From IMG/VR virus record IMGVR_UViG_3300007734_000749, positions 2,650 to 66,649 of that record: a stretch of DNA of 64,000 nucleotides; one strand, written 5' to 3'. The position numbers and the translations under genes were made by a program. Below, piece by piece: positions 63,440 through 64,000 of this stretch. A model generated the notes under the pieces. That model worked only from the letters and a program-made list of their open reading frames with translations. It searched no databases and was not told where the DNA came from. Position 1 is the stretch's first letter, and each line of letters begins with the position of its first letter. The DNA comes from a virus.

Positions 63440-64000
63440 ATGAAAGAAACCCCGTCACAATTAAGTGTTCCAAGTTATGTAATGAATTTTCCATTTACTT
63501 TAGACACATCTAGCCCTAATAACATTTGGATGAAAGAACTTTCACCAGATGATATTAAAGTAAATCGATCTAAAGCATATAGACAATTTTTAGATGTCTA
63601 TAATTTTGTTGCAGGATCAGGATTATGTTATTTACTCCCATCTGAGGGGAATTTTCAAGATCAAGTATATGTTGCTAATTTAGGAATTTACTTACCTCAT
63701 CTTAAAGAAAACACTATTATTTTATCCAACTACACCTCAGAACCTAGACAAGGTGAAGAACATGTTGGTAAAAAATTCTTTGATATGATGGGATATGAAA
63801 CATATATTAGTCCATATAAATGGGAAGGTGAAGCAGATTTAAAATATCTTCACAGTAATGTTTATATTGGTGGATACGGAATACGTTCTCAAAAAGAAAC
63901 ATATGATTGGATGTGTAAACATTTTGGTATGACTATTATACCATTAGAAATGGTAGAGGAATATTTGTATCATTTAGATTGTTCTATATTTCCTATATCA
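63440..64000 (+). CDS. amidinotransferase/arginine deiminase (pentein) superfamily protein, 3' truncated
   Basis: MKETPSQ...NNIWM...QDQVYVAN...PRQGEE...WEGEAD...YLYHLDC; open to window end. Confidence 0.75.
   Translation, partial: MKETPSQLSVPSYVMNFPFTLDTSSPNNIWMKELSPDDIKVNRSKAYRQFLDVYNFVAGSGLCYLLPSEGNFQDQVYVANLGIYLPHLKENTIILSNYTSEPRQGEEHVGKKFFDMMGYETYISPYKWEGEADLKYLHSNVYIGGYGIRSQKETYDWMCKHFGMTIIPLEMVEEYLYHLDCSIFPIS

Noticed and set aside
1-64000. Stop-codon reassignment, tRNA genes, introns or inteins
   Set aside because: Core genes are full length under the standard code with all three stops in use; no cloverleaf or T-loop motif or split core gene was seen by eye (tRNAscan would be decisive)

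Overview
AT-rich (roughly 28-30% GC) segment of a large T4-like (myovirus-type) phage genome, read with the standard genetic code. The host is probably a Bacteroidota member: there are no Shine-Dalgarno motifs and the promoters have TAnnTTT-type -7 elements. Layout: (i) 0.3-11.2 kb, an early region of about 35 small + strand genes, most single genes or gene pairs led by one of ~23 copies of a ~50-bp promoter repeat; (ii) 11.2-18.4 kb, a strand-switch region, a lysis cassette, ClpP-like protease, HD hydrolase and a sigma-like factor; (iii) 18.4-33.9 kb, baseplate/tail genes; (iv) 33.9-36.1 kb, GIY-YIG protein, primase and a PD-(D/E)xK nuclease; (v) 36.1-52.8 kb, a late-promoter island of enzymes and small modules; (vi) 52.9-63.3 kb, terminase, portal, prohead protease, scaffold and major capsid protein, then a truncated amidinotransferase-family gene. 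The most striking signal is in island (v). Many of its proteins carry an amphipathic L(K/R)xLI(K/R)E leader or a copy of the scaffold's C-terminal KLAGI motif, together with hydrophobic-X-E sites of the kind cut by T4 gp21-type prohead proteases. A 1265-aa ORF strings together about seven unrelated modules (two Pol-beta nucleotidyltransferases, an HxGH transferase, an RNase-like module, a Zn-peptidase and others) separated by such sites. I infer a capsid-addressed, protease-matured polyprotein cargo system; this is untested. All calls come from reading motifs by eye; no database searches were run.
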